Assembly: GCA_910583995.1 (NCBI GenBank)
Contig: CAJTYW010000009.1
Coordinates: 6,418-70,417, forward strand
From: an uncultured Christensenella sp.
GTDB lineage: Bacteria > Bacillota > Clostridia > Christensenellales > UBA3700
DNA length: 64,000 nt
Direction of reading: 5' to 3'
Part shown: piece after piece, positions 47,801 through 56,388 of the stretch
How the letters are laid out: each line of letters starts with the position of its first letter
Numbering within the stretch: position 1 is the stretch's first letter
Notes under the pieces: generated by a model
What the model saw: the letters and a program-made list of their open reading frames with translations, nothing else
The model's database searches: none
Told to the model about the DNA's origin: nothing
Position numbers and translations under genes: made by a program

Positions 47801-48112
47801 TTCATCGGACAAAGTAACAAGATTACACCTTACAGCCAAATCACTATCCAGCATATTTACGCCAATACTTAGTGCTTCAAGCGGTGACCTGCCACTATAG
47901 TACTTTAATGGAGAATATCCCATAACGGACAAGTTTGCAACATCACTGCCTGGTTTAATTCCGTCAGGTACAGTTTTGCACATACCGCAAACGCCTTTTT
48001 GTGCCAAACTATCAATGTTAGGCTTGTAAGCAAGCTCAAGCGGAGTCATACCCGCAAGTTCATCGCAAGGCAAATCTGCCATTCCGTCCCCTAAAATAAC
48101 AATATATTTCAT
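44873..48112 (-). CDS. fusion protein: cofactor-independent phosphoglycerate mutase-type metalloenzyme (ApgM family) + acidic linker + TM helix + large extracytoplasmic repeat region
   Basis: 1079 aa. aa 1-400 carry ILGDGMAD, GSDVANLS, HMEAPDECGHQGD and CPDHPTP. aa 400-500 are D/E/S-rich. KKKGKKNSLAKATKKQK precedes TM helix LITILVSAAVLAVMILVAVLTPILVI. About 530 aa of beta-rich and FN3-like repeats follow. Confidence 0.85.
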   Translation of the reverse strand: MKYIVILGDGMADLPCDELAGMTPLELAYKPNIDSLAQKGVCGMCKTVPDGIKPGSDVANLSVMGYSPLKYYSGRSPLEALSIGVNMLDSDLAVRCNLVTLSDEENYQDKIMVDYSAGEISTEEAAELIASVEQALGDDEFTFYNGVSYRHCLIKHNGERGTEYTPPHDISGKTISDYLPSGLYGDKMLDLMVKSYDILKDHPVNLKRKQEGKNPANSIWLWGEGSRPSLPNFEKLRGLKGAVISAVDLLKGIGIASGMEIIEVEGVTGTVNTNFSGKAQACVKAIRDGFDYVYLHMEAPDECGHQGDSKGKVKSIELIDEKVVGYILSELEGEDLRILVCPDHPTPLVTKTHSSEPIPFIIYDSTCIKEGISAYTESECAKTGLTLSSGDELVELFLQKDSDMQEINENEGNDLISSDLASDNEEIEVSSDEEIAEIADTSDMDENQQSDESNSAQTETDEESAAIAVDMNFVDDSSDKDSEGEKEEENAEGDNDSKKKGKKNSLAKATKKQKLITILVSAAVLAVMILVAVLTPILVINAPKVLISKAEDFTKPVKDNKQLYYLQKDITVEGDLTLNLNVDLNKKTLTVNNGTLTLENPKGGEMTLGVMSGKEFGVGGKINADRVVIKNAGKVTVLTNITANDIEFDGVAEGVVNGGLHANNSFVVKSSKVQFDSLAFGENISEMKAINSNVVLNKPTKIDINVENSYLRALSDIGNATLDNKSELRLFGSTYSNFDNGEFGTITGGALVYVNGNGNFDKIIDANVVWVDKDKLSSNNAQIIGYGDLNYIDWLETPQFAVIERIGTNATLELSSVDALAKKVLITIDDATDPIVKDVVADNISTEEGSYIYSLGAVLNSVGNHSIKIVLQSSEPEFITDSEPYYTYHTHYITLERVGKPQVIFDETKNEYTLSFEAVDFAETYEIVFDGIVLTLKNEGKKKGDIITYILSKDEKFAHLFTPGNHSIIIVAKSSVEGINSSAQAYANFPAIKGNLTKPEITIELKDGNYVISWKKVENALTYELKFIGTDKKFKLGTGANQLVISKAELEGITSIEIVAIGDKYYNDSSAGTIAVPIV

Positions 48113-48410
48113 AAAATACCTACCTTTTGGCTATTCCCAAAATTAGTTTGGATAATTTGTTTTTATTTAATTTATTATACACTCAAAAAGCTATTAAGTC
48201 AAGAAAAATAAATATTGCACTTTAAGCGAGCTTAAATTTAATTTGTTATATTATATTAATAAAATATCATATATATAATATTCCTATTATACTATAATAA
48301 GCTTTAAGCAAAAAAAAGCATTTTTTATATAATTTTGATTTTATTACATATAAAAAATTACAAAAACTACTATAAAAAATTTTTTTCTTATCATAATTTT
48401 ATTAAAATAC

Positions 48411-48439
48411 AAAAAGCTCCCGTTATACGAGAGCTTTTT
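48411..48439. terminator. terminator downstream of the GLUG-repeat gene
   Basis: AAAAAGCTC-ccgttatacga-GAGCTTTTT. Confidence 0.75.
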
Positions 48440-48471
48440 ATTTGTTTGTCTTTTAAAAACTGCAATAGATA

Positions 48472-51400
48472 TTAGTTCTTTCTTCTGAAAATCATAATTT
48501 CTTCAAATTGATATTTAACAATATCTTTGCCGAATTCGTCTTTCTTGTAATCACCTGTTTCTTCGTCTTTCTCATCTGTCAAAATGTTTAGGAACGTAGC
48601 AATTTCTGCATTATTACCAAATCTGCACTCTAACTCTTGAGCAGTAACAACAATACTGATTTGATATACATTACCTTGTCTTACATATTCTGTAACATCA
48701 TTTTTACTAAAGCCTGCCATACCAAGTCTTGGTTTATTGTCTTCAGTATTATATGTTGCATTAAAGTCACCATATACAAATGTTGCACTGATATAATAAG
48801 TACCTTCTAATAGGAATGATGTATATTTCATTGATTGCTTTTTAATAACGCCAGGGAAATTAGCTTTATTAATTTTTTCAATATTCAAATCTGTAATTGC
48901 GTAAATAGTTAACACATCACTCTTAGTTTCTACAAGAGTACCATTTACTAAGTAAGTTGTATTAGCTTCCAATGTAATAGGAGCACCATAGTTTGTAAGC
49001 ACAGAAGTTTTGTTGTCATAAACTACTCTTACTTTAGGAGAATTTGCAGTTTCATTAAACGCTGCTTTAAATGTTACAACTTTATTATCAATATCTCTTG
49101 AAATTTCTTCCCATTCTCTGAATGTCCAAGCCATTACATTAGGTAAAGTGTAATTTGCATCAACTGCTTCGTTTACAGCTTTGCGAACTCTTATTTGATT
49201 GCCTAGATTATCAAGATAAATTTGTGTCCAAGGTTTAGACGCGTCAATATCTTCATAAAAAGCTGTCAATTTGTAATTATCATTAATTTTGAAAGAATAC
49301 TCTGTTTTGTAATTTAAATATGTAACGCCGTCTGCTCTTAACCAACCTACAAAAATCTTTCCAGGTTCAGGTTCATTTGCTTTAATAGTTACTTTGTCAC
49401 CATAAGTGTACTCAATCTTTCCTGTTTCTTCATTCAAAACACCAGCTTGAGATGTTACTGTACCGCCAATTGTTTCTATAGTATATTTCTTAGGGTAATA
49501 ATCTACAAAATCAATTTTTGCCAAGCTATCATCACTTACTGTAAATGTTGTAGTTGTAAGTCCGTCTGGTGTTGTAGTCCAAGTGATATTTTGTAATTCA
49601 TTTCCGTTTTTATCATACAAGGCAATAGCTTTAGCACCAAAGTGACCATCATTCAATCTGCCTGTAATTGTAATTGTACGTTTTTCAGCATTTTTGTCAG
49701 CATCACCAAAATCTTTATTACTCATAATGCTATAAGAACCATATCTTGTTCTTGAGTTAACACCATCAACTGCTGCACCATTGATATAAATACTTTCGTG
49801 TACTTGGATAGTGTGTGGTGCAATAATTGCAGAGAAATAACTTCCTACTTCTTCAAGTCTGGTTTGTTGTCCGAAAATTACTTCCTTATATAACACATAG
49901 TTGTTTGTAGAAGGTCTTAACAATTGTCTTCCTGCAACATTTAGATATATTGGTGTGTTTTCAGCATAACCTTGGTCTTGCCACATCATTAAGTCGCCAT
50001 TTGCAAAACCTGACTTTTCACCATTTTTGTCATCACTTAGTCTTGTAAATTTAACATAAGCACCACCAAAGATAGTTGTCTCGCCACGAACATAATCTTC
50101 GTCTGTTTCAACAAGCAAACTTCTCTTTTGAATACTCAATAATCTATCCATACCTGCAGTAACATTCTTTAGCATAATAACAATTTTTTCGCTATCTTCG
50201 CTATACGCAACTGCATTGTCATAGTCGCCACCATCATCGCAATACAACTTAACTGGTCTTCCGTTAAATGTATTCATTGCATTTTTCAAGTCGCCGACAT
50301 TTATAATACGAACACCTTTACTATACAATCTTCCATTGATTTTCATCATCAATTGATATTTAGTTCCGTCATAATACAATGGCTTATCTTTATTACCATT
50401 TCTTGCTGCTCTACTTTGGTCAGACATTTCAATCCATCTTGTACCATCGTCCACAGCTAAAATTTCTGTACCATTTACATTGTCTTGTTTGTAAAAACCA
50501 ATTTCACCAGTGCTGTTGATACCAATTTGGATATCTGATGAAGAACCATCTGCCGGGAATTTGCTAGCAGAATATTGACCTGAAATTAGTTGACTAAATA
50601 CCGCTTGACCATATAAGTTCCACAATATATAACCATCTGGTATAAAGATTTTTACTGCATTGTTTACATCGTGGTCGAAGAAGAAAGGAATTTCCTTACC
50701 GCCATAACCATTGTTTGCACTTTTTGTATTTAAGCTAGCAAAGTTAACTTTTGCATAACCCTGATTGTAACCACTACCTGAAGCATTGTCACCACCTGCT
50801 GTTTCAGTACCACCTGTAGCGTTTTTGTAAAGCTTAGTTCCTGGCTCTGTTCCTTCTGCAACATAAATATTCTTAGCCTGTTCTACGCCTTCGTCACCAC
50901 CAGTTGAGTTACCATTTGTTACCATACAGTCCAAATTACCACTAACCATAGCTGAGTTAACTTGACCGCCTTTATTGATAGCTACAATACCGCCGATTTT
51001 TCTGTATGTTTTGTAGTCACCAGTACTACCACCTGCATTTTCATATTTTACTTTATTAACTGTTGCAATCAATCTGCAACCATTGTTGAACTCTGCATAA
51101 GCGTGGTCAATTGTTGTGCCACCCATTATGTAACCTGCAACGCCACCTACAAAACTAGCACCTGCGTGAGACTTTGCTGAAACGTTCCATTTTCTCATCC
51201 AACCACTTCTGTTTACTGTCTGCAATGTACTATTTGCATTAAATATACTTGAAGTATTGGAAATTTTGCCACCTTTGCTAGCGCCAGTAACCAATCCTAA
51301 ATATACGGCGTTTGTACAACCGAATTTAGAAATAGAGTTACCAACTGAAGATACATCTTCATAAGCGCCAAATTTTTTGCCATTAGCTAAATTAACAACA

Positions 51401-52155
51401 ACGTTATCAATTGTTCCACCTTGGTTATAACCAACCAAACCGCCAACAACAGCAAGAGCATCATCACCATCATCATTCCATTCATTGTTCCAACTATCTT
51501 TATAGCCGAAATAATGGTGACCTTCTATTGTAAAAGTAAAGTTGCTTAATACTGCTTTTGCTCTTAGTACACTTACTAAACCACCAAAGCAGTGGAAGTC
51601 AACAGGATAGTATATAGGAGAACCATGTTCGTCTTTTCCTGCTTCCATACCATAGCCGTCACCTTCTTTTGTCAAAACATATCCAACTTGGCTATTCTCA
51701 CGACGGTCTAACTCAACACCATTAGCTTCATTTTTTAGTCTAATGGTAAAACCGCAACCATCTAAGTTTTTCTCAAGTGAGATATTTGGTGCCATATAAG
51801 CACGGTCGCTAGACCAAGCCAAATCAATATCACAAGTTAAATACCCGTGCTTACCTGCATAGCCATTAGTTTGGCTTAAAAAGTCTTTTAAATTTTGTTC
51901 GCTACTGATAGCTTCCCAAGTTTCGGTTTTGTCTCTGTAACCTTTTAATTCCATATACTCGTCAAGGTTACCGACACCACCTAAATATTTGTCCTTATCA
52001 TAGGTTGCAACAGTAGTTGCGGAATTGCCTGAATTGTTTACATTGCCACCACTTAGCGCGCCTAAATTAAACACACAGAACAATGCAAGGACAATAGACA
52101 AAACCAATACAATACTTGTGCAAATGCCAAATATTTTTGTCTTTCTTCTTTCCAT
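48472..52155 (-). CDS. giant membrane-anchored surface protein with GLUG-motif repeats and Listeria-Bacteroides (InlB B-repeat)-like C-terminal units
   Basis: 1227 aa. N-terminal signal-anchor helix. GLUG-like repeats (FGGLVSVL, VGGLVGYNQGGTIDN, VGGVAGYIMGGTTIDH, IGGIVAINKGGQVNS). C-terminal unit contains GKIFVGW. No LPXTG motif. AGGGAGG RBS. Confidence 0.85.
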   Translation of the reverse strand: MERRKTKIFGICTSIVLVLSIVLALFCVFNLGALSGGNVNNSGNSATTVATYDKDKYLGGVGNLDEYMELKGYRDKTETWEAISSEQNLKDFLSQTNGYAGKHGYLTCDIDLAWSSDRAYMAPNISLEKNLDGCGFTIRLKNEANGVELDRRENSQVGYVLTKEGDGYGMEAGKDEHGSPIYYPVDFHCFGGLVSVLRAKAVLSNFTFTIEGHHYFGYKDSWNNEWNDDGDDALAVVGGLVGYNQGGTIDNVVVNLANGKKFGAYEDVSSVGNSISKFGCTNAVYLGLVTGASKGGKISNTSSIFNANSTLQTVNRSGWMRKWNVSAKSHAGASFVGGVAGYIMGGTTIDHAYAEFNNGCRLIATVNKVKYENAGGSTGDYKTYRKIGGIVAINKGGQVNSAMVSGNLDCMVTNGNSTGGDEGVEQAKNIYVAEGTEPGTKLYKNATGGTETAGGDNASGSGYNQGYAKVNFASLNTKSANNGYGGKEIPFFFDHDVNNAVKIFIPDGYILWNLYGQAVFSQLISGQYSASKFPADGSSSDIQIGINSTGEIGFYKQDNVNGTEILAVDDGTRWIEMSDQSRAARNGNKDKPLYYDGTKYQLMMKINGRLYSKGVRIINVGDLKNAMNTFNGRPVKLYCDDGGDYDNAVAYSEDSEKIVIMLKNVTAGMDRLLSIQKRSLLVETDEDYVRGETTIFGGAYVKFTRLSDDKNGEKSGFANGDLMMWQDQGYAENTPIYLNVAGRQLLRPSTNNYVLYKEVIFGQQTRLEEVGSYFSAIIAPHTIQVHESIYINGAAVDGVNSRTRYGSYSIMSNKDFGDADKNAEKRTITITGRLNDGHFGAKAIALYDKNGNELQNITWTTTPDGLTTTTFTVSDDSLAKIDFVDYYPKKYTIETIGGTVTSQAGVLNEETGKIEYTYGDKVTIKANEPEPGKIFVGWLRADGVTYLNYKTEYSFKINDNYKLTAFYEDIDASKPWTQIYLDNLGNQIRVRKAVNEAVDANYTLPNVMAWTFREWEEISRDIDNKVVTFKAAFNETANSPKVRVVYDNKTSVLTNYGAPITLEANTTYLVNGTLVETKSDVLTIYAITDLNIEKINKANFPGVIKKQSMKYTSFLLEGTYYISATFVYGDFNATYNTEDNKPRLGMAGFSKNDVTEYVRQGNVYQISIVVTAQELECRFGNNAEIATFLNILTDEKDEETGDYKKDEFGKDIVKYQFEEIMIFRRKN

Positions 52156-52619
52156 AATTTCCTCCCTAAGAAGTCAGAATTCGCCCACCACAACATACAA
52201 AACAATATGCAAAAATGAAAAATCGGATAGTAACCCCTTTTTAAATCAATCCGCATAAAAAGTAAGATTGCTTACCCATTTATTTATGATTGAAACACTT
52301 ATCACTATTGCTATTCTTTAATATATGCGGTATAATACAATAATATAATAGAATATATACCTTAACCAAACCTTAAACAGCTCTAATACTACAAAGATTT
52401 TACACAAAAATCATATAAAATAAATATAAATATATTTTTTAGCCAGTTTTATTCCGTAGCTCTAAAAAGACTAGCAAACTTTTGTCTAAGCAAATTTTGC
52501 TACAAAAATTATCATTTTTAAAATATTAAAACTGAGTTTGCGATTTTTGTCGAAAACAATAATTACATCAGTTTGCTTTGCTAAATACATCAATTTTTGC
52601 AAACAATTAACAAAGTATA

Positions 52620-52648
52620 TTGATAAATTTATCTTTTTGTGGTATAAT
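52620..52648 (+). promoter_or_regulatory. sigma-A promoter of trxA with extended -10
   Basis: TTGATA (52620-52625), 17-bp spacer ending TGG, TATAAT (52643-52648). Confidence 0.7.
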
Positions 52649-52702
52649 ATTAACAAATAAAATGTTATCTCAAGTAGATTACAAGGATATAAGGAGAATA
52701 TT

Positions 52703-53005
52703 ATGTTAAAACATATTAGCAACAAAGACGAATTTATCAGCAATACAGCAAACGGCACAGTTCTTGTAGACTTTTTTGCAAATTGGTGCGGACCTTGCAA
52801 AATGCTTGCACCAGTTTTGGAAAAACTTGCAGACGAAATGCCTGAAATAGATATTTTGAAAATTGATGTAGATGCAGTACCAGATGTAGCAAAAGATTAT
52901 GGTATTATGTCTATCCCTACTCTAATACTTTTTAAAGAAGGTGTAGAAACAGACAAACAAGTTGGATATATGAATTTAGACCAATTAAAAAGTTTTGTTA
53001 AATAA
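52703..53005 (+). CDS. trxA: thioredoxin
   Basis: 100 aa. Active site WCGPC and cis-Pro loop SIPTL. AAGGAG RBS. Confidence 0.96.
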   Translation: MLKHISNKDEFISNTANGTVLVDFFANWCGPCKMLAPVLEKLADEMPEIDILKIDVDAVPDVAKDYGIMSIPTLILFKEGVETDKQVGYMNLDQLKSFVK

Positions 53006-53116
53006 TTCGTGCTTTAAACAAACTTGAATTGTTAGCCTAACAAAAAAATCAAATTTGAGTTTTTTGATTAAACACAAAATTAGACACTGCTTTAAAAGCA
53101 CTTATAGCAACCAATT

Positions 53117-53147
53117 GCACTTGCAGAAATGCAGGTGCTTTTTATTT
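53117..53147 (+). terminator. trxA terminator
   Basis: GCACTTGCA-gaaa-TGCAGGTGC followed by TTTTTATTTT. Confidence 0.8.
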
Positions 53148-53422
53148 TGCTGCGCGCTATTTTGTCAATTCTACACAACATAGACTAAAATATACTAAAA
53201 AACCACTATTGTTATTTTCTTTTAATATTTTGACTTTTGTGTGGAATATCAACAGCATTATGTTACCATTTTTATATAATTTTAAAATTAATTAACTTTA
53301 AGTATATCGCTATAAATCGCTCGTTTTTTTAATAATAGTTACTAAAAAATACCATTAAAAAACATTGTATTCACTTAAGCAGAATATAACGAAAATTTAT
53401 ATTGATAATTGTTATAAAATAA

Positions 53423-53451
53423 TTGACAGTTTATTTAAGATATGCTATACT
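53423..53451 (+). promoter_or_regulatory. sigma-A promoter of the regulator-potABCD operon
   Basis: TTGACA (53423-53428), 17-bp spacer, TATACT (53446-53451). Confidence 0.7.
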
Positions 53452-53468
53452 CATTTTGTTTAATAAAA

Positions 53469-53547
53469 CTAAACTTTAAGTTTAGCGAATAATGTTTTAC
53501 TAAACTTTAGGTTTAATATCATAAAAGTTACTAAACTTAAAGTTTAA
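53469..53547 (+). promoter_or_regulatory. three phased operator palindromes (CTAAACTT-N-AAGTTTAG type) in the pot operon leader
   Basis: CTAAACTTTAAGTTTAG (53469-53485), CTAAACTTTAGGTTTAA (53500-53516), CTAAACTTAAAGTTTAA (53531-53547). Start-to-start spacing is exactly 31 bp. All lie between the -10 and the RBS. Confidence 0.75.
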
Positions 53548-53573
53548 TATAAAATGGTAAAAAGGAGTTATTT

Positions 53574-54107
53574 ATGGAAATCGGGTCAAAAATAAAAAGA
53601 CTAAGATTGCAATTATCACTCACGCAATCTGAGCTTGCAGACAGATGCGAACTGACTAAAGGATACATATCTCAACTTGAGAATGATTTGACAAGTCCTT
53701 CAATATCAACGCTTATAGATATTTTGTCCGCACTTGGTACAGATGCACAAACATTTTTTAAGGACGACAAGGAAGAACAAGTTGTATTTACTGAAAACGA
53801 TTTTATCGTAAAAGACAGCTTGGAGCAAGAAAAAATTTGGTTAGTACCAAACTGCCAAAAAAATGAAATGGAGCCACTTTTGGTGACAATAAAACCAAAA
53901 TACTCTCTTCCTGAAGATATGCCACACGAAGGCGAAGAGTTTGGATATGTGTTATCCGGCAAAATCATACTTCATCTTGGAAAAAACAGCTACACTGTAA
54001 AAGCTAAAGAAAGTTTTTATTTTGTATCTGACAAATTACACTATATTGAAAATGCGACTAATATCCCTGCTAAAATAATTTGGATATCAAGCCCACCTAC
54101 TTTTTAA
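53574..54107 (+). CDS. XRE-family HTH + cupin domain transcriptional regulator (PuuR-like)
   Basis: 177 aa. N-terminal HTH_3 (IGSKIKRLRLQLSLTQSELADRCELTKGYISQLEND) and C-terminal cupin_2 (HEGEEFGYVLSGKIILHLG...). Confidence 0.88.
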   Translation: MEIGSKIKRLRLQLSLTQSELADRCELTKGYISQLENDLTSPSISTLIDILSALGTDAQTFFKDDKEEQVVFTENDFIVKDSLEQEKIWLVPNCQKNEMEPLLVTIKPKYSLPEDMPHEGEEFGYVLSGKIILHLGKNSYTVKAKESFYFVSDKLHYIENATNIPAKIIWISSPPTF

Positions 54108-54121
54108 TGGAGAAAAATTAT

Positions 54122-55570
54122 ATGAGTACACTTATTGAATTAAAAGACGTTTGCAAAGCTTACGATGGTCAAACAGTTGTTGACAATGTAAATCTTAATA
54201 TTGAAAAAGGCGAATTCGTTACTTTTTTAGGACCTTCTGGTTGCGGAAAGACTACTACGCTTAGAATGATTGCGGGGTTTGAAAAACCAACTTCAGGCGA
54301 AATTTTACTGGACGGAAAATCTGTGCTTGATATTCCACCACATTTAAGACCTGTAAATACAGTTTTTCAAAGATACGCACTTTTTCCGCATCTTAATGTT
54401 TTTGACAACATTGCTTTTGGCTTAAAAATGAAAAAGAAGGAACTTTGCCGTGAAGAAAAAAATTTCTTTGCAAGACAAAAGGCTATAAAAGCTTTAATTT
54501 CAGAAAAAGTTAAAAAAGCACTTAAAATAGTTGGGCTTACCGACTACGAATACAGAAATGTTACAAGTTTGAGCGGCGGACAACAACAAAGAGTTGCAAT
54601 CGCTCGTGCTATCGTTAACGAACCACAAGTTTTGTTGCTTGATGAACCACTTGGAGCTCTTGACCTAAAAATGCGTCAAGAAATGCAACTTGAGCTTAAA
54701 AATATGCACAGGAGACTTGGCATAACTTTCGTTTACGTTACTCACGACCAAGAAGAAGCTCTTACAATGAGTGACCGCATTGTTGTTATGAAAAATGGTA
54801 TTATTCACCAAGTAGGTACTCCTATTGATATTTACAATGAGCCTTCAAACGCCTTTGTTGCAGACTTTATTGGGGAATCAAATATCATAAACGGCGTTAT
54901 GATAAAAGACAAGCTTGTTAGATTTGCAGGCAACGAATTTGTTTGCGTGGACGGCGGTTTTGAACAAAATCAAGCTATTGATGTTGTTATCCGTCCTGAA
55001 GACATTTATTTAATGGACGAAGACAAAGGACAAATCAAAGGCGTTGTTATCTCTTCACTATTTAAAGGTGTACATTATGAAATGAGCGTTATTGCAAACA
55101 AGGTTGAGTTTTTAATTCACTCTACTACAGAATGGAAGCCAGGCGAAAAAGTAAGTATGTTTATCCGTCCTGACGATATTCACATAATGAAAAAAGAGAA
55201 AAACAGCAACATTATCAATGCAAAAGTTTTAAATGAAACAGAGATTGAATTTGCAGACGGAACATTTAATTATGACAAAAAAACCTTCGAAAATGCGGGT
55301 TATTCTGAAAATGATTACATTAAAGAAGATGTTAAAATATCTATCGACTTTGATAAAATCGACCTTACCGACTATGAAGACTCTGCACCTATCGCAGGTA
55401 ACATTGTGTCAAGCATTTTCAAAGGCGATAAATATCAATATGTTGTTAAAGTTGACAATGGCTTTGATTTCTTTGTGGAAACTGAAGACGAATACGACAG
55501 CAACGACCGTGTAGGAATTACTATCAAACCTGAAGACATTAAACTAGAGAAAATTATCTCTTCCAAATAG
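54122..55570 (+). CDS. potA: spermidine/putrescine ABC transporter ATP-binding protein with duplicated C-terminal TOBE-like domain
   Basis: Start at ATG 54122 (GGAG RBS; the track start 54080 overlaps the regulator gene). GPSGCGKTT, LSGGQQQRVAIARA, LLLDEPLGALD, VTHDQEEA. Two IxSSxFKG...IxPEDI units. Confidence 0.9.
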   Translation: MSTLIELKDVCKAYDGQTVVDNVNLNIEKGEFVTFLGPSGCGKTTTLRMIAGFEKPTSGEILLDGKSVLDIPPHLRPVNTVFQRYALFPHLNVFDNIAFGLKMKKKELCREEKNFFARQKAIKALISEKVKKALKIVGLTDYEYRNVTSLSGGQQQRVAIARAIVNEPQVLLLDEPLGALDLKMRQEMQLELKNMHRRLGITFVYVTHDQEEALTMSDRIVVMKNGIIHQVGTPIDIYNEPSNAFVADFIGESNIINGVMIKDKLVRFAGNEFVCVDGGFEQNQAIDVVIRPEDIYLMDEDKGQIKGVVISSLFKGVHYEMSVIANKVEFLIHSTTEWKPGEKVSMFIRPDDIHIMKKEKNSNIINAKVLNETEIEFADGTFNYDKKTFENAGYSENDYIKEDVKISIDFDKIDLTDYEDSAPIAGNIVSSIFKGDKYQYVVKVDNGFDFFVETEDEYDSNDRVGITIKPEDIKLEKIISSK

Positions 55571-55578
55571 GAGTTCAA

Positions 55579-56388
55579 ATGAAAAAATTCACTATAAAAA
55601 GAAAATATCTTGCATTCCCTTATGCGATATTTATGCTACTTTTTGTGCTTTTGCCACTTGCTTTGATAGTGTTTTATGCCTTTACAAATGCAGATGGCAG
55701 TATAAGCTTGGAAAATTTTATTAACTTTTTTACCGATGGTGTAACATTTAACTCTTTCCTTGATTCTATTTGGATAGCTTTTATTACTACAGTTATTTGT
55801 TTTGCACTTGGTTTTCCTGTGGCGTACATTCTTGCAAACAAAAAGTATAACCGCAACAAAACATTGTTTTTATTGTTTTTGCTACCAATGTGGATTAACT
55901 TTTTGCTAAGAACAATTGCCACTCGTGCTATGTTTGAAGCTTTTGGGTCTTGGCTTAATATAACGATTAATTTTGGTAAAGGCACAACAATTTTTGGTAT
56001 GGTTTACAACTTTTTACCATTTATGATTATCCCTATTTACTCTACTCTATCAAGCTTAGACAAAAGCTATACGGAAGCAGCACTTGACCTTGGTGCTACA
56101 CCTACAAAAGTTATAACTCGTGTTATTTTGCCACTTGCAATACCTGGTATTATAAGCGGTATAACTATGGTGTTTATGCCTACACTTTCTACATTCGTTA
56201 TTTCTGACTTGCTTGGCAATAACTTGGTGCAACTTCTTGGTAATATTATTAATCTTGAGTTTACTCAAAACTCTTGGAACTACGGCTCTGCACTTTCTAT
56301 CATTTTGTTATTACTAATGGGTATAACAATGTTTATAGAGAAAAAATATAACAATAAAACACAAACTGCAGGAGGAAGAATATGGTAA
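55579..56388 (+). CDS. potB: spermidine/putrescine ABC transporter permease
   Basis: 269 aa, 6 TM segments, EAA loop (EAALDLGATPTKVITRVILPLAIPG). Confidence 0.88.
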   Translation: MKKFTIKRKYLAFPYAIFMLLFVLLPLALIVFYAFTNADGSISLENFINFFTDGVTFNSFLDSIWIAFITTVICFALGFPVAYILANKKYNRNKTLFLLFLLPMWINFLLRTIATRAMFEAFGSWLNITINFGKGTTIFGMVYNFLPFMIIPIYSTLSSLDKSYTEAALDLGATPTKVITRVILPLAIPGIISGITMVFMPTLSTFVISDLLGNNLVQLLGNIINLEFTQNSWNYGSALSIILLLLMGITMFIEKKYNNKTQTAGGRIW

